64,000 nt of DNA. Origin: a virus (lineage: Duplodnaviria; Caudoviricetes). The notes under the pieces were generated by a model, which made no database searches, was not told where the DNA came from, and was given only the letters and a program-made list of their open reading frames with translations. The position numbers were made by a program, and so were the translations under genes. Position 1 is the stretch's first letter, and each line of letters begins with the position of its first letter. This document shows positions 45,095 through 54,100 of the stretch, piece after piece. The stretch spans positions 277,435 to 341,434 of IMG/VR virus record IMGVR_UViG_3300005512_000001; one strand, given 5' to 3'.

Positions 45095-45408
45095 TTACGT
45101 CCAGTCTAAGACCCGGCATCTCGAATCTGGAAGGAGGTCCAATGACCGCCCACAACATCAACGAGCTGGCTGACATCAGCCTATAGACGCCATGCGGGTG
45201 ATGCAAGCGGGCTTGGACGGCACCGGCCCCGGATATGGCAGCGGCCAGAAAGATGCTGAACGCCTGCGGGCCGAGGCTTTCATCTTCTTCCGGATTGTCC
45301 ACCGCATGACCCTGGCCAAAGCGTTGCGACTGGCCCGCCTGATGCACCCACCCGAGGAGAAGCAAACATAGAATCTGGCTCAGCGGCAGAACCGGGCAGA
45401 CGGCAAAA

Positions 45409-45483
45409 GCCCCTATAGCTCAATTGGAGAGAGCGCATCTTTCCTAAAGATGAGGTTTGCAGGTTCGAGCCCTGCTAGGGGTA
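45409..45483 (+). tRNA. tRNA-Arg(CCT)
   Basis: Cloverleaf. Confidence 0.88.
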
Positions 45484-45592
45484 TTTAGATTGGAGATAAA
45501 ATGCCCAGTTCGTTTTGAAGCAAGATGCCAACGTTGCGACACAATATTCGGCAAGAAATTGGAACGTATGATTGAAAGGATAGAGAAAACAG

Positions 45593-45811
45593 GTGCCTTC
45601 TAAAGAAACATACACACAATGCCAATTGGTACGCGAATCGAAGATTGATGTTGCGTGGATTCCAAGTAAATTTGCAGAAGTTGGAAAATATTTGGAAATC
45701 TCGGGACAAGATGGCTGGTTAGTAACTGCTGTTGGTAGTATCAAACCAGCACAAGCAGTAAGAGATTTTGAACGTGAGCATCTTAAAACTCGTAAAAGAA
45801 CGGACAAATAA
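45593..45811 (+). CDS. Hypothetical protein
   Basis: YTQCQL..AWIPSKFAEVGK. Confidence 0.55.
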   Translation: MPSKETYTQCQLVRESKIDVAWIPSKFAEVGKYLEISGQDGWLVTAVGSIKPAQAVRDFEREHLKTRKRTDK

Positions 45812-45885
45812 GCCCTCGTAGCTCAGTGGATTAGAGTATCTGTCTACGGAACAGAAAGTCGTAGGTTCGAATCCTACCGGGGGTA
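45812..45885 (+). tRNA. tRNA-Arg(ACG)
   Basis: Cloverleaf. Confidence 0.9.
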
Positions 45886-45928
45886 TTATCGGGCGTGGCA
45901 GCTTCACCATTTAGCATAAGGAGAGAAG

Positions 45929-46324
45929 ATGGCGGACAAGAGAAACACAATTGCTGTTGACTTTGATGGTGTCCTACATGGTTACAATAAAGGCTGGCAA
46001 GATGGAACTATCTATGATGGCCCTGTAGATGGTGCGGCACAGGCGATGGCTGCATTACAGGCATTTGGGTATTATATTGTAATTTACAGTACGCGTTGCC
46101 ACGATCGCACAGTCAACGGTGAATTGCAACACAACCAAGCTGCTGAAGTTGAAGCTTGGTTAAAAAAGCATGAAATTCCGTTTGATGAAATTTGGACCGA
46201 GCCAGGCAAACCACTTTGTAAGTTGTTTGTTGATGATAATGCTTATAGGTTCGACCCCCAATCTGGCTGGCGACGTACGTGCGTATACGATATTGATAAG
46301 TTAATCAGAGACAAACACAAATAA
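45929..46324 (+). CDS. HAD-superfamily phosphatase
   Basis: AVDFDGVL, YSTR, GKP, FVDD. Confidence 0.85.
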   Translation: MADKRNTIAVDFDGVLHGYNKGWQDGTIYDGPVDGAAQAMAALQAFGYYIVIYSTRCHDRTVNGELQHNQAAEVEAWLKKHEIPFDEIWTEPGKPLCKLFVDDNAYRFDPQSGWRRTCVYDIDKLIRDKHK

Positions 46325-46397
46325 GCCCTCGTAGCTCAGCGGACAGAGCTTTGGTCTTCGGAACCGAGAGTCGTAGGTTCGAATCCTACCGGGGGTA
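46325..46397 (+). tRNA. tRNA-Arg(TCG)
   Basis: Cloverleaf. Confidence 0.9.
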
Positions 46398-46518
46398 TTG
46401 GATGATAATTATGGATTAAAGTGAAATCGTGTCATCATGCTAACTGCCCCTGGTGGGTAACCACCTCGTCTAGTCGTGCCAAGATTAAAGCTGTGTCTAA
46501 TATAGCAGGTGTTGAAAT

Positions 46519-46770
46519 ATGAAATGGGTCTTGAGGTTGAGAAGGAAACGCTCTGATAAACCAGAGTATTTCTCTTGTAACGATAGTATGGGTGGTATTG
46601 GAGTCCATAGTTCCCCATCTACTGTATTTGAAACTAGAGAAAAAGCTCGGCGTAAGAGGATGGAATTGTTATATGCATACTTCCGCAATGCCGACAATGT
46701 GCTAGACCCCAGCCATATTCAGGTTATTCCTTTGGAACGGGCTCTAGAAGAATGTGCAAAAAACTATTAA
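46519..46770 (+). CDS. Hypothetical protein
   Basis: 83-aa ORF. Confidence 0.5.
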   Translation: MKWVLRLRRKRSDKPEYFSCNDSMGGIGVHSSPSTVFETREKARRKRMELLYAYFRNADNVLDPSHIQVIPLERALEECAKNY

Positions 46771-46773
46771 TAG

Positions 46774-46856
46774 GCGGGTGTGGCGGAATGGCAGACGCGC
46801 AAGACTAAGAATCTTGTGTCCTTTGGGACGTGGGAGTTCGACTCTCCCCACCCGCA
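46774..46856 (+). tRNA. tRNA-Leu(AAG)
   Basis: Cloverleaf, long variable arm, loop CT-AAG-AA. Confidence 0.9.
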
Positions 46857-46934
46857 TTTGTAACGCAATGTTGATTTGGAAAATTGGTAAATATTACGGA
46901 GTAGTAGCTTCAAAGATTATGTAGAGGTACAAAT

Positions 46935-47543
46935 ATGACTGCATTAAATAGTTCAGTTTTAGTTTTAAATAAGCACTACGCGGCTGATGGTGAAACCGAT
47001 GTAAAGCGTGCGCTATGCCTAGTTTTTAGAGGCGTGGCTGAAATTATAGATGTTGATGGCGGCAAATTCAATAATTATGATTTCGAGTCATGGCAGGAAT
47101 TAAGCGAATTCAAAGCTGAATTTGAAAAAGATAACCATAATTGGATTAGATGTGTTGCTAGTGTATTAGCAATCCCAACTATAATTAGGCTTGTAAGTTA
47201 CGGCAAATTCAGACGTAGAGAAGCTAAGCTCAATAGACGCAATTTGTTTGCCAGAGATAAGAATACATGCCAGTTCTGCGGCAAGAAAATGAAGACATCT
47301 GAGCTTAGCTTAGACCATGTTGTTCCAAAAAGCAGAGGTGGTAAGCTGGAATGGACGAACGTGGTATGTGCATGTATCAAGTGCAATGTTAAGAAGGCTA
47401 ATAGGACTCCTAGTGAAGCGCATATGAAGTTGATTCGCAAGCCGTTCCAGCCGAAGCATCAATTAAATGTCCCAAAAATAAAGTATCGCTCTTGGGCACA
47501 CTTTGTTGATGCAGCTTATTGGGGTGCTGAATTAAAGGAGTGA
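46935..47543 (+). CDS. HNH endonuclease (McrA-like)
   Basis: VLVLN, RDKNTCQFCG, LDHVVPKSRGG, NVVCACIKCNVKK. Confidence 0.92.
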   Translation: MTALNSSVLVLNKHYAADGETDVKRALCLVFRGVAEIIDVDGGKFNNYDFESWQELSEFKAEFEKDNHNWIRCVASVLAIPTIIRLVSYGKFRRREAKLNRRNLFARDKNTCQFCGKKMKTSELSLDHVVPKSRGGKLEWTNVVCACIKCNVKKANRTPSEAHMKLIRKPFQPKHQLNVPKIKYRSWAHFVDAAYWGAELKE

Positions 47544-47621
47544 TTATGGACTGCTTCTTAGATGCGATGATAAAATTAGCAATATTAATATTGCTGGTAA
47601 TAATTATCATTTTGCTGATGT

Positions 47622-47659
47622 GATGGATTCAAGGTGTCTTTAGGTGCCTTGAATCCATC
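47622..47659. terminator. Long hairpin between convergent genes
   Basis: GATGGATTCAAGG/CCTTGAATCCATC inverted repeat. Confidence 0.6.
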
Positions 47660-47747
47660 TCTTGCTATAATCAAATCTCTTTTCAGTTTGATGTAAGCTT
47701 CGTTGATTCTTTTGGACATATTTTTTAATTCTATCCGGTCTTCATCA

Positions 47748-48176
47748 TCAGAATGGGGCATTTGGCATTCCTTCGCAAGCTGGTATAGTCACAGCTATCA
47801 TTTCTGCGTACGTCATAAACTCACAATTATGAGCCACACCAGCAGGTATGTATATCGACCCACCTGTATTTGCTATTTCATATGATTCATCGTCAAATGA
47901 GCATTTAACCGTACCTTCGCATATAATCCAATATTCGGCGGACTCTTTGTGAATATGTTCCTGGATGATTGTGCCAGCTTGGGCTGTGTAAAACCCAGCA
48001 GCTACTGCTGGCCGATTTATTAGCCCCCAACCTTCGCATACGCCGCCGGTAGCTTTTATAGTCTGGTGATATTCGTCCGGTTGGTCATTGCTGATTATGT
48101 CTTTTAACGTTTTCTTAATCTTATCATATTCAGCATTGATATGTGATAGTAGTTCATTGCTGTTAGCGAGGTTCAT
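47748..48176 (-). CDS. Cupin-domain protein
   Basis: EHIH..EYWIICEG; IPAGVAH. Confidence 0.8.
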   Translation of the reverse strand: MNLANSNELLSHINAEYDKIKKTLKDIISNDQPDEYHQTIKATGGVCEGWGLINRPAVAAGFYTAQAGTIIQEHIHKESAEYWIICEGTVKCSFDDESYEIANTGGSIYIPAGVAHNCEFMTYAEMIAVTIPACEGMPNAPF

Positions 48177-48246
48177 GATTCCAATGACTCCTAATTATTT
48201 TATATTTGATGGTTTCCTGCGCGGCGGCTATGTAGCATAACGCTAT

Positions 48247-48756
48247 ATGAACAACAAAGACCGCACGGAATTTGGATTCCATCGTACAGTGTCGGCGAAT
48301 GCCGAAGATGTGCTGTGCTGTAAGTATATGCCAAGTTATCTAGTTCCATCCGACATTAGTAGATTGTGCGATAGGTTTGGGTGTAATCCATTGCAACTAG
48401 CCAAATCACATTTATTGGCTTCTCCGGGTGCTGAGATAAGCAAGGATGGCGTTAGACAGAGACTCCGCACGTTAGTACCAGACAGGAATAGTGTCGGTCA
48501 CTGTGAATTCCTTCATGATGGCAAATGTGCTATCCATGGTGATTCTCCGTATGGTTGTGCATTTTTCGATTCTGAAATGTCAGACCAAGAAGCATCCCTC
48601 CGCACTAGTGCAGGGCTGCAAGCTATATGGGATGCCTGGCAAGACGAAGATAGTGATTACGCCTTGCTATGGGATTTATTATTTCTGATGGGTAGACGCG
48701 CCCCGGACCCATATGAATGCAAAAGGAAGATTAGAGAGGAATTAAGGAAATTATGA
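48247..48756 (+). CDS. YkgJ/CxxCxxCC-like cysteine-cluster protein
   Basis: LCC..CEFLHDGKCAIH..PYGCAFF. Confidence 0.65.
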   Translation: MNNKDRTEFGFHRTVSANAEDVLCCKYMPSYLVPSDISRLCDRFGCNPLQLAKSHLLASPGAEISKDGVRQRLRTLVPDRNSVGHCEFLHDGKCAIHGDSPYGCAFFDSEMSDQEASLRTSAGLQAIWDAWQDEDSDYALLWDLLFLMGRRAPDPYECKRKIREELRKL

Positions 48757-49688
48757 AAGTTACGATTATAATGGGTGCTCCGGCGTCTGGGAAAAGTACG
48801 CTTGCTGAAAAGGTATTGACCGATGGGTGTGTCCATTTAAATAGAGACACAGAGGGTGGTAGAACATTCGACCTACTGCCTAAGATGGCTGCTGCTTTGC
48901 GCGATGGCAGAGATGTTGTGACCGATAATTTATTTACAACTGCAAATACCCGAAAGCCATTTATAGAATTAGCTAAGAAGCATGGAGCAACAGTTATTGG
49001 TCAGCGAATGGACACTAGCATTGAGGACGCCCAAATCAACGCTTTACACCGCATGATTAAAAAACATGGTAGGCTATTTTTCACTGCTCAGGATACGAAA
49101 GGAATCGATGACCCTGGTGTATTTCCGGTTGCAGTGTTATTCAGATACCGGAAAGACCTTGAGAAGCCAGTCATAACGGAAGGTTTTGATGAACTTACGA
49201 CAGTAAAATTTGTTAGGGAACCGTCGCTATGCTCCAATAAAGCTGTATTGTTGGATTATGACGGCACCCTACGTGAATCCACCGGCGATTACCCATATCC
49301 TGTAAAGCCGGGAGATGTCAAGGTTATTCCTGGTGTGGCTGAGAAGCTGATGGATTACATACGGCAGGGCTATATGCTGCTTGGGATATCAAACCAATCT
49401 GGAATAGGCAAGGGGGTGCTTACTGACGATGAGGTGCAAGCTTGTTTTGAGGAGACACACAAGCAAATTGGGATTCAGATTTACACACAATATTGCCCGC
49501 ATAAAGTGCCACCTATCTCATGTTATTGTAGGAAGCCGCAGAGTGGCATGGGTGTTAATCTTATTGAACAATTCAAGTTGAACCCGGCGCAGTGTATAAT
49601 GGTTGGGGACCAAACCACTGACAAGACGTTTGCCAAGAGGTTAGGTTTCCAATTTGAGTTTGCCCACAAATTCTTTAAAAGACATTAG
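48753..49688 (+). CDS. Polynucleotide kinase/phosphatase-like bifunctional enzyme
   Basis: GAPASGKST, NRD; C-terminal HAD DYDGT, SNQSG, CRKP, MVGD. Confidence 0.85.
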   Translation: MKVTIIMGAPASGKSTLAEKVLTDGCVHLNRDTEGGRTFDLLPKMAAALRDGRDVVTDNLFTTANTRKPFIELAKKHGATVIGQRMDTSIEDAQINALHRMIKKHGRLFFTAQDTKGIDDPGVFPVAVLFRYRKDLEKPVITEGFDELTTVKFVREPSLCSNKAVLLDYDGTLRESTGDYPYPVKPGDVKVIPGVAEKLMDYIRQGYMLLGISNQSGIGKGVLTDDEVQACFEETHKQIGIQIYTQYCPHKVPPISCYCRKPQSGMGVNLIEQFKLNPAQCIMVGDQTTDKTFAKRLGFQFEFAHKFFKRH

Positions 49689-49700
49689 AGAGGACGAGCC

Positions 49701-50048
49701 ATGAATCGCCAAGTACTATGTGTTTCTCTGCTTTTTGTGTTGATGGTGGTTGGATGTGATGAGGCGAAGAGAGAAGCGAAGAGAGAAGCGAAGAGAGAAG
49801 CGAAGAAAGAGGCGTTACCTGAGGGTTGGGTTGAATATAAAGACTACCGTGGGCCTGGACATAAATTTGCAATCGGACAGCTTGTTCAGCATCGGGCAGA
49901 CAATATGATTTTGTTGATAAAGAAGATTTATGTAGTGCTATTAATGGCGCTATGGCATCGGTTATACCTACATTTGACCCTACAAAAAGCAAATGCTATC
50001 AAAAATCATTCGCAAGATTTGTATACCAGCGATTGCGTGATGAATTAG
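49701..50048 (+). CDS. Putative lipoprotein (3' end probably chimeric)
   Basis: RBS GAGG; signal peptide ..MVVGC; 12-bp repeat encoding EAKR x3. Confidence 0.5.
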   Translation: MNRQVLCVSLLFVLMVVGCDEAKREAKREAKREAKKEALPEGWVEYKDYRGPGHKFAIGQLVQHRADNMILLIKKIYVVLLMALWHRLYLHLTLQKANAIKNHSQDLYTSDCVMN

Positions 50049-50368
50049 CCAGAGATACCGTATTAAAACGCTGTAGTATTGATAACAAGCAGAAATATTA
50101 TAGGTCAAGAATACGCCAAGCCGCAGAAGACAAGCAATGGCATGGCCACACCCCAGAGCCTTGTGAGATATTGATACCCAAGGATATATGGAATGAAGCA
50201 ATGGCTATGTGTGATGTGGAAAATCAGCTACTACTTGAATTGTATTTCGGTGGCATCACTATGACGGATATTGCTGCCACTATAGGCATCACACGGCAAG
50301 GGGTTCTGTATAGACTAAGAAATCTTATGACGAGGCTAAAAGCACATTTCAACCGAGAGTATTTCTAG
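49952..50368 (+). CDS. Sigma-70/ECF-like protein, N-terminally truncated
   Basis: Upstream in-frame DKEDL..FDPTK..FARFVYQRLRDEL; C-terminal HTH GITMTDIAATIGITRQGV. Confidence 0.6.
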   Translation: MASVIPTFDPTKSKCYQKSFARFVYQRLRDELARDTVLKRCSIDNKQKYYRSRIRQAAEDKQWHGHTPEPCEILIPKDIWNEAMAMCDVENQLLLELYFGGITMTDIAATIGITRQGVLYRLRNLMTRLKAHFNREYF

Positions 50369-50672
50369 TTGGATATGCTGGTTTCTGCGGCCTCATCTGA
50401 CGTTTACGGCAGCAGTATAAATCTGTGCTGTAACATGCACCCAACACATCATCAATAGCAGAGAGGTCCACGATAGCTTGCTCTAGAATTGGCAAATCCC
50501 CGATGTTCAAATCTTCTGCGTCAGCTTGTGCCCAATAAAATAAATCATTGCAGTTGACCCAGATAGTTATTGGGGCATATTCTCCATCGCACCTCCACCA
50601 AATATGGTCATGCAAATTATGCTTGGCAATAAATGCTAGGACTTTTATGGCATCTTGTTCAGTCATTATCAT
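50349..50672 (-). CDS. Hypothetical protein
   Basis: VNCNDLFYW..DAE; RQMRPQ. Confidence 0.6.
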   Translation of the reverse strand: MIMTEQDAIKVLAFIAKHNLHDHIWWRCDGEYAPITIWVNCNDLFYWAQADAEDLNIGDLPILEQAIVDLSAIDDVLGACYSTDLYCCRKRQMRPQKPAYPTRNTLG

Positions 50673-50714
50673 TTTAATACTTAGCTCAAATATATAACAG
50701 ATTTGGAGGCTAAC

Positions 50715-51206
50715 ATGGCACGGTGCAATAGTATAGTAGGGAGCTTTTCTGGCGTTGTTGCGTATGTGAATGGGACCAATGGGGCATGGAACTGCCAGAT
50801 GGAGTGGAGTGACCTAAAAGATTTGAAGTGGAGCATCAATGCCGCAATCTCCCAAATCCATACTGCCAATATTGATGTAGCTAATAGCTCTGAGTATTTT
50901 GCTACATGGCAAAATATGATTAGTCAACTTCCATTTGTTACTGCGTTTTCGTGGGGTTCTACGCCTCCTGGGGCTACAACGAATATTAAAGATGTTGTCC
51001 ATCATTTGTATTTCATAATGACATTCGATGACGGTACCTCTTACCCAATATCGGTAACATATGAGAACGGGGCTAGGATTGACCATTTGACGGCACTTGG
51101 TGCGAGCGATTTGCTCACAGGTGCCGATAATGCGGCAGCTATTATTAGCTTAATCCAGGAAATGCTGGAGTTAGTGTCCGATATAGGGCAACCTGTGATG
51201 TCATAA
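50715..51206 (+). CDS. Hypothetical (possibly structural) protein
   Basis: RBS GGAGG; preceded by TCAAATATAT. Confidence 0.65.
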   Translation: MARCNSIVGSFSGVVAYVNGTNGAWNCQMEWSDLKDLKWSINAAISQIHTANIDVANSSEYFATWQNMISQLPFVTAFSWGSTPPGATTNIKDVVHHLYFIMTFDDGTSYPISVTYENGARIDHLTALGASDLLTGADNAAAIISLIQEMLELVSDIGQPVMS

Positions 51207-51281
51207 TCTGGGTGGGGGGATTCGAACCCGCGACCTCGGCGTCCCGAACGCCGCACTCTGACCAAACTGAGCTACACCCAG
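51207..51281 (-). tRNA. tRNA-Pro(CGG)
   Basis: Cloverleaf. Confidence 0.88.
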
Positions 51282-51832
51282 CTAAAAAACATGTGCCTCT
51301 TTGTTCTAAACATCACACTCACACCTAATGCTTCTACGGCTTCCACAGACTTAAATAGTTGTATGTGAGTAAAACAACGCATATTAAGCGGGACGCTGCC
51401 AACTATTGTTTTGGATTTCTTCTTGCATTTTTCCAATAGCAGTTTTGGGTCAGATAGATGCTCTAATACCTCAAATAGCATAATCAAATCCGCTTGACCC
51501 TCATATTTATCTATAAAGTCATATGCGTTGTCTACAACAAGCGTAACTGGTAAATCACCAATAGTTTGTTTGCCGCGTTCGACTCTAGCTTCTGAATAAT
51601 CAGCACCTATAACGTTGCATTCATATTGCGATGCGATTAATTTTGATACTCTGCCGTCTCCACATCCGATATCCAAGACATGGCTATTATTGTCTAATAC
51701 CACACCTGCTTTATTTAGGATGCGTATTAGCCGTTTTTTGCTACGGCGAGACATAGATGATTTATAACCAGGATGTGAATTATAAAACTTTAACCGTTTA
51801 CGCTCTTGCTTGAAAATATTGTCTAAATTCAT
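51272..51832 (-). CDS. Class I SAM-dependent methyltransferase
   Basis: VLDIGCGDG, GADYS, FEVLEHL; stop codon lies inside tRNA-Pro 5' end. Confidence 0.85.
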   Translation of the reverse strand: MNLDNIFKQERKRLKFYNSHPGYKSSMSRRSKKRLIRILNKAGVVLDNNSHVLDIGCGDGRVSKLIASQYECNVIGADYSEARVERGKQTIGDLPVTLVVDNAYDFIDKYEGQADLIMLFEVLEHLSDPKLLLEKCKKKSKTIVGSVPLNMRCFTHIQLFKSVEAVEALGVSVMFRTKRHMFFSWV

Positions 51833-52191
51833 ACCGTATTTTTATTTGATAGCATAATGGTTTCAGTGCCGATGATGACAGTTACCCTATATTGCCCCAT
51901 TTCGTGCAATAAAATATCGGCTAGCTCTATTGCTGTACTATGCATAGCTGTGGAGATTGTGGGGAATCTTGGGTAATTAATTAATCCGACGATAGCCCCT
52001 GCTTCTCTTCCATTTGTATAAATGAAATTTGTAGGGGTGACTGTTACGCAAAGACTTACTTCATCACAATATCTCTGGCAGATTTCTTCTATATCTGCGA
52101 GGCTTTTAACTTCGCCTGTGTCTTTGTTTTTTGTGCCGACAAAAATAGAAGCTTGGAAAGAAGGTACCGAGGTTGTATTTATGGCGTACAT
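51829..52191 (-). CDS. Hypothetical protein
   Basis: LCVTVTPT..YTNGRE..LINYPRFP. Confidence 0.65.
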   Translation of the reverse strand: MYAINTTSVPSFQASIFVGTKNKDTGEVKSLADIEEICQRYCDEVSLCVTVTPTNFIYTNGREAGAIVGLINYPRFPTISTAMHSTAIELADILLHEMGQYRVTVIIGTETIMLSNKNTV

Positions 52192-52211
52192 TATTTCTCC
52201 GGAATTGATAA

Positions 52212-52236
52212 TCGGGCAGACTGGATTCGAACCAGG
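52212..52236 (-). pseudogene. 3' fragment of tRNA-Pro
   Basis: CTGG-TTCGAAT-CCAGT-CTGCCCG-A only. Confidence 0.6.
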
Positions 52237-52245
52237 GTTGCCTAT

Positions 52246-52482
52246 TTAGAAGATTATCCGCTGCAGTATTCCCCAGCTTTTTGTAAATATCCAAAATCTT
52301 TGTCCAGTTCCGCAACAATACTTACAATCAATACAATTATAGCCAACTTCACTATACTCATCTAATTCTGGATTCATATAATAAGCTTCTGGAATAAAAC
52401 CATTTCCAAAACAAACAGGACATAAGATAATTTTGTCTTTTAGCGGCGTTTTGCTTATCTTTATATCAGCCCAATCAATCAT
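52246..52482 (-). CDS. DnaJ-type Zn-finger small protein
   Basis: CPVCFGNG..CKYCCGTG. Confidence 0.55.
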   Translation of the reverse strand: MIDWADIKISKTPLKDKIILCPVCFGNGFIPEAYYMNPELDEYSEVGYNCIDCKYCCGTGQRFWIFTKSWGILQRIIF

Positions 52483-52485
52483 AAA

Positions 52486-52560
52486 TCGGGGCGACTGGAT
52501 TCGAACCAGCGACTTCTGCGTCCCAAACGCAGCGCTCTAACCAAACTGAGCTACGCCCCG
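52486..52560 (-). tRNA. tRNA-Pro(TGG)
   Basis: Cloverleaf. Confidence 0.92.
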
Positions 52561-52565
52561 TCTAT

Positions 52566-52726
52566 TTGGTTTTGGTCGGGGTTCCCCGTTCCCGACTCCC
52601 GTCCCGTTTGCCTTTTTGTTTGGTGTGCACTTGCCCAAACGCCAAGGGACGTACAGTGCGACGTGGTGCCAGCGGTGCGTTATGGTGCTGACTCCCAACC
52701 ACTGCTTCTAGCCTCATCAAAACCAA
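52566..52726 (-). ncRNA. Structured ncRNA candidate between tRNA-Val and tRNA-Pro
   Basis: TTGGTTTTG/CAAAACCAA closing stem; internal stems CGTCCC/GGGACG, GTTTGG/CCAAAC. Confidence 0.5.
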
Positions 52727-52799
52727 TGGGCGTTACAGGATTTGAACCTGTGACCACCTCGGTGTAAACGAGGAACTCTAGCCGCTGAGTTAAACGCCC
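52727..52799 (-). tRNA. tRNA-Val(TAC)
   Basis: Cloverleaf. Confidence 0.92.
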
Positions 52800-52806
52800 G
52801 ACAATT

Positions 52807-53094
52807 TTAATCACCCAATTCTCTGCGAAAACGCATCAGAATCCCGTCTCTCAAACCTTTGTTTTCAGTATTGTCGCTAACTCTGATGTCATCATTTTCA
52901 GGATACCATTGCAACCGAATGTGGTAAACATCCATTTTAGCGGCCGGGCTGGTATCGACTCCAGCACCTATTTGTTCAGTTAAGAATGCATCGACAACTG
53001 TTTTCTGACCTTCCAGATTTAGGTTACCTGAGACTTCGAACCTATCTCCTTCAATGTCATATTTCAGGTCCAGAATTCCGATTTCTGTGCTCAT
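52807..53094 (-). CDS. Hypothetical protein
   Basis: Coupled to upstream gene. Confidence 0.6.
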   Translation of the reverse strand: MSTEIGILDLKYDIEGDRFEVSGNLNLEGQKTVVDAFLTEQIGAGVDTSPAAKMDVYHIRLQWYPENDDIRVSDNTENKGLRDGILMRFRRELGD

Positions 53095-53735
53095 TATTGA
53101 ACCTGCTCGGCTTCTCCCAGTTCGTTGCCACCAACATAATACTCAAAACTTATGGTATAAAGTTCTGAACTAGTATAATCTAATGGTGGCAATGTGACTG
53201 CGTGAAGCAGCCTTGTGTCATCTAATCCAGTAACAGTGAATTTATTTAGCCGAGCGCCACTAGACCCTATTTTTAATGGTTCTCCCGTTTCATCTAACAT
53301 TGTGATGATATAAGTACCAAAAGTAAATGAAACGATGCCAGACTTATCTAATTCTCGGCCTTCGGCAAATATTCTTTCGCGTGCCTCTATGGCTGCTGCT
53401 TTGTGGTCGAAATTTTCTAGTTCCTTAGGCTGCTTAATCTTGCCTTCGCGGACACCTTGGCGGTATTTTTCATCTGCGTCATCCTCATCATAATAGGTGA
53501 CTTTGACAATCGCTTCATCGTCTGCACCGTAATCAAATTTTGGAAATTCGACGGATTTCAACAACAGTGGGCAGACATCACATGATTCTGGCAAACGGTG
53601 AACTAGCCATCTGTGGTTGCGTAAAACTTCATCTTTGTGTTTAGCGGCATCAAAAATCTCACTGCTACTACTAGTAAAATGAAACCCAATATCTGCTGCA
53701 TTTATTTCAACAGTATGTGTTTTTACGTCTGGCAT
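53094..53735 (-). CDS. Hypothetical protein
   Basis: Start moved to MPDVK (RBS AAGGA) since the longer ORF overlaps tRNA-Trp. Confidence 0.6.
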   Translation of the reverse strand: MPDVKTHTVEINAADIGFHFTSSSSEIFDAAKHKDEVLRNHRWLVHRLPESCDVCPLLLKSVEFPKFDYGADDEAIVKVTYYDEDDADEKYRQGVREGKIKQPKELENFDHKAAAIEARERIFAEGRELDKSGIVSFTFGTYIITMLDETGEPLKIGSSGARLNKFTVTGLDDTRLLHAVTLPPLDYTSSELYTISFEYYVGGNELGEAEQVQ

Positions 53736-53755
53736 ATTTATCCTTTCAACTTCAA

Positions 53756-53825
53756 CACGCCCGCGAGGATTCGAACCCCGTCCACTCGCTTTGGAGACGA
53801 GGCCCTCTCCCAGGAGGACGGACGT
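53756..53825 (-). tRNA. tRNA-Trp(CCA), short D arm
   Basis: Loop CT-CCA-AA, T arm, ACGTCCG/CGGGCGT acceptor. Confidence 0.75.
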
Positions 53826-53878
53826 ATAAGAGGAGAGCATATATCGGCAAGCCGACCCTACTCTCCTATGCGAGGTCA

Positions 53879-54100
53879 TTACTCCTCGACTTTTGGTATC
53901 TCAACCGTTTGCCAAGTGCCGGGTTTATTCACACAGCACTTCTTAAATTTCTTTCCACTACCACACGGACAATCTGCATTGCGACCAATTTTGACATGTG
54001 GTATTGCCATTGTTGCAGGAGCCTGGTATGAAAGAGCATTCTTATATAAATTATTGTATGCTCTTTCACGTTCCTCTTTGCTTGTCTTTGGTTTGCTCAT
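53879..54100 (-). CDS. SEC-C motif protein
   Basis: [20 protein letters not shown]. Confidence 0.9.
   Translation of the reverse strand: MSKPKTSKEERERAYNNLYKNALSYQAPATMAIPHVKIGRNADCPCGSGKKFKKCCVNKPGTWQTVEIPKVEE

Noticed and set aside
53736-53879. N-terminal extension of ORF 53094-53879
   Set aside because: Overlaps tRNA-Trp; a downstream ATG has an RBS
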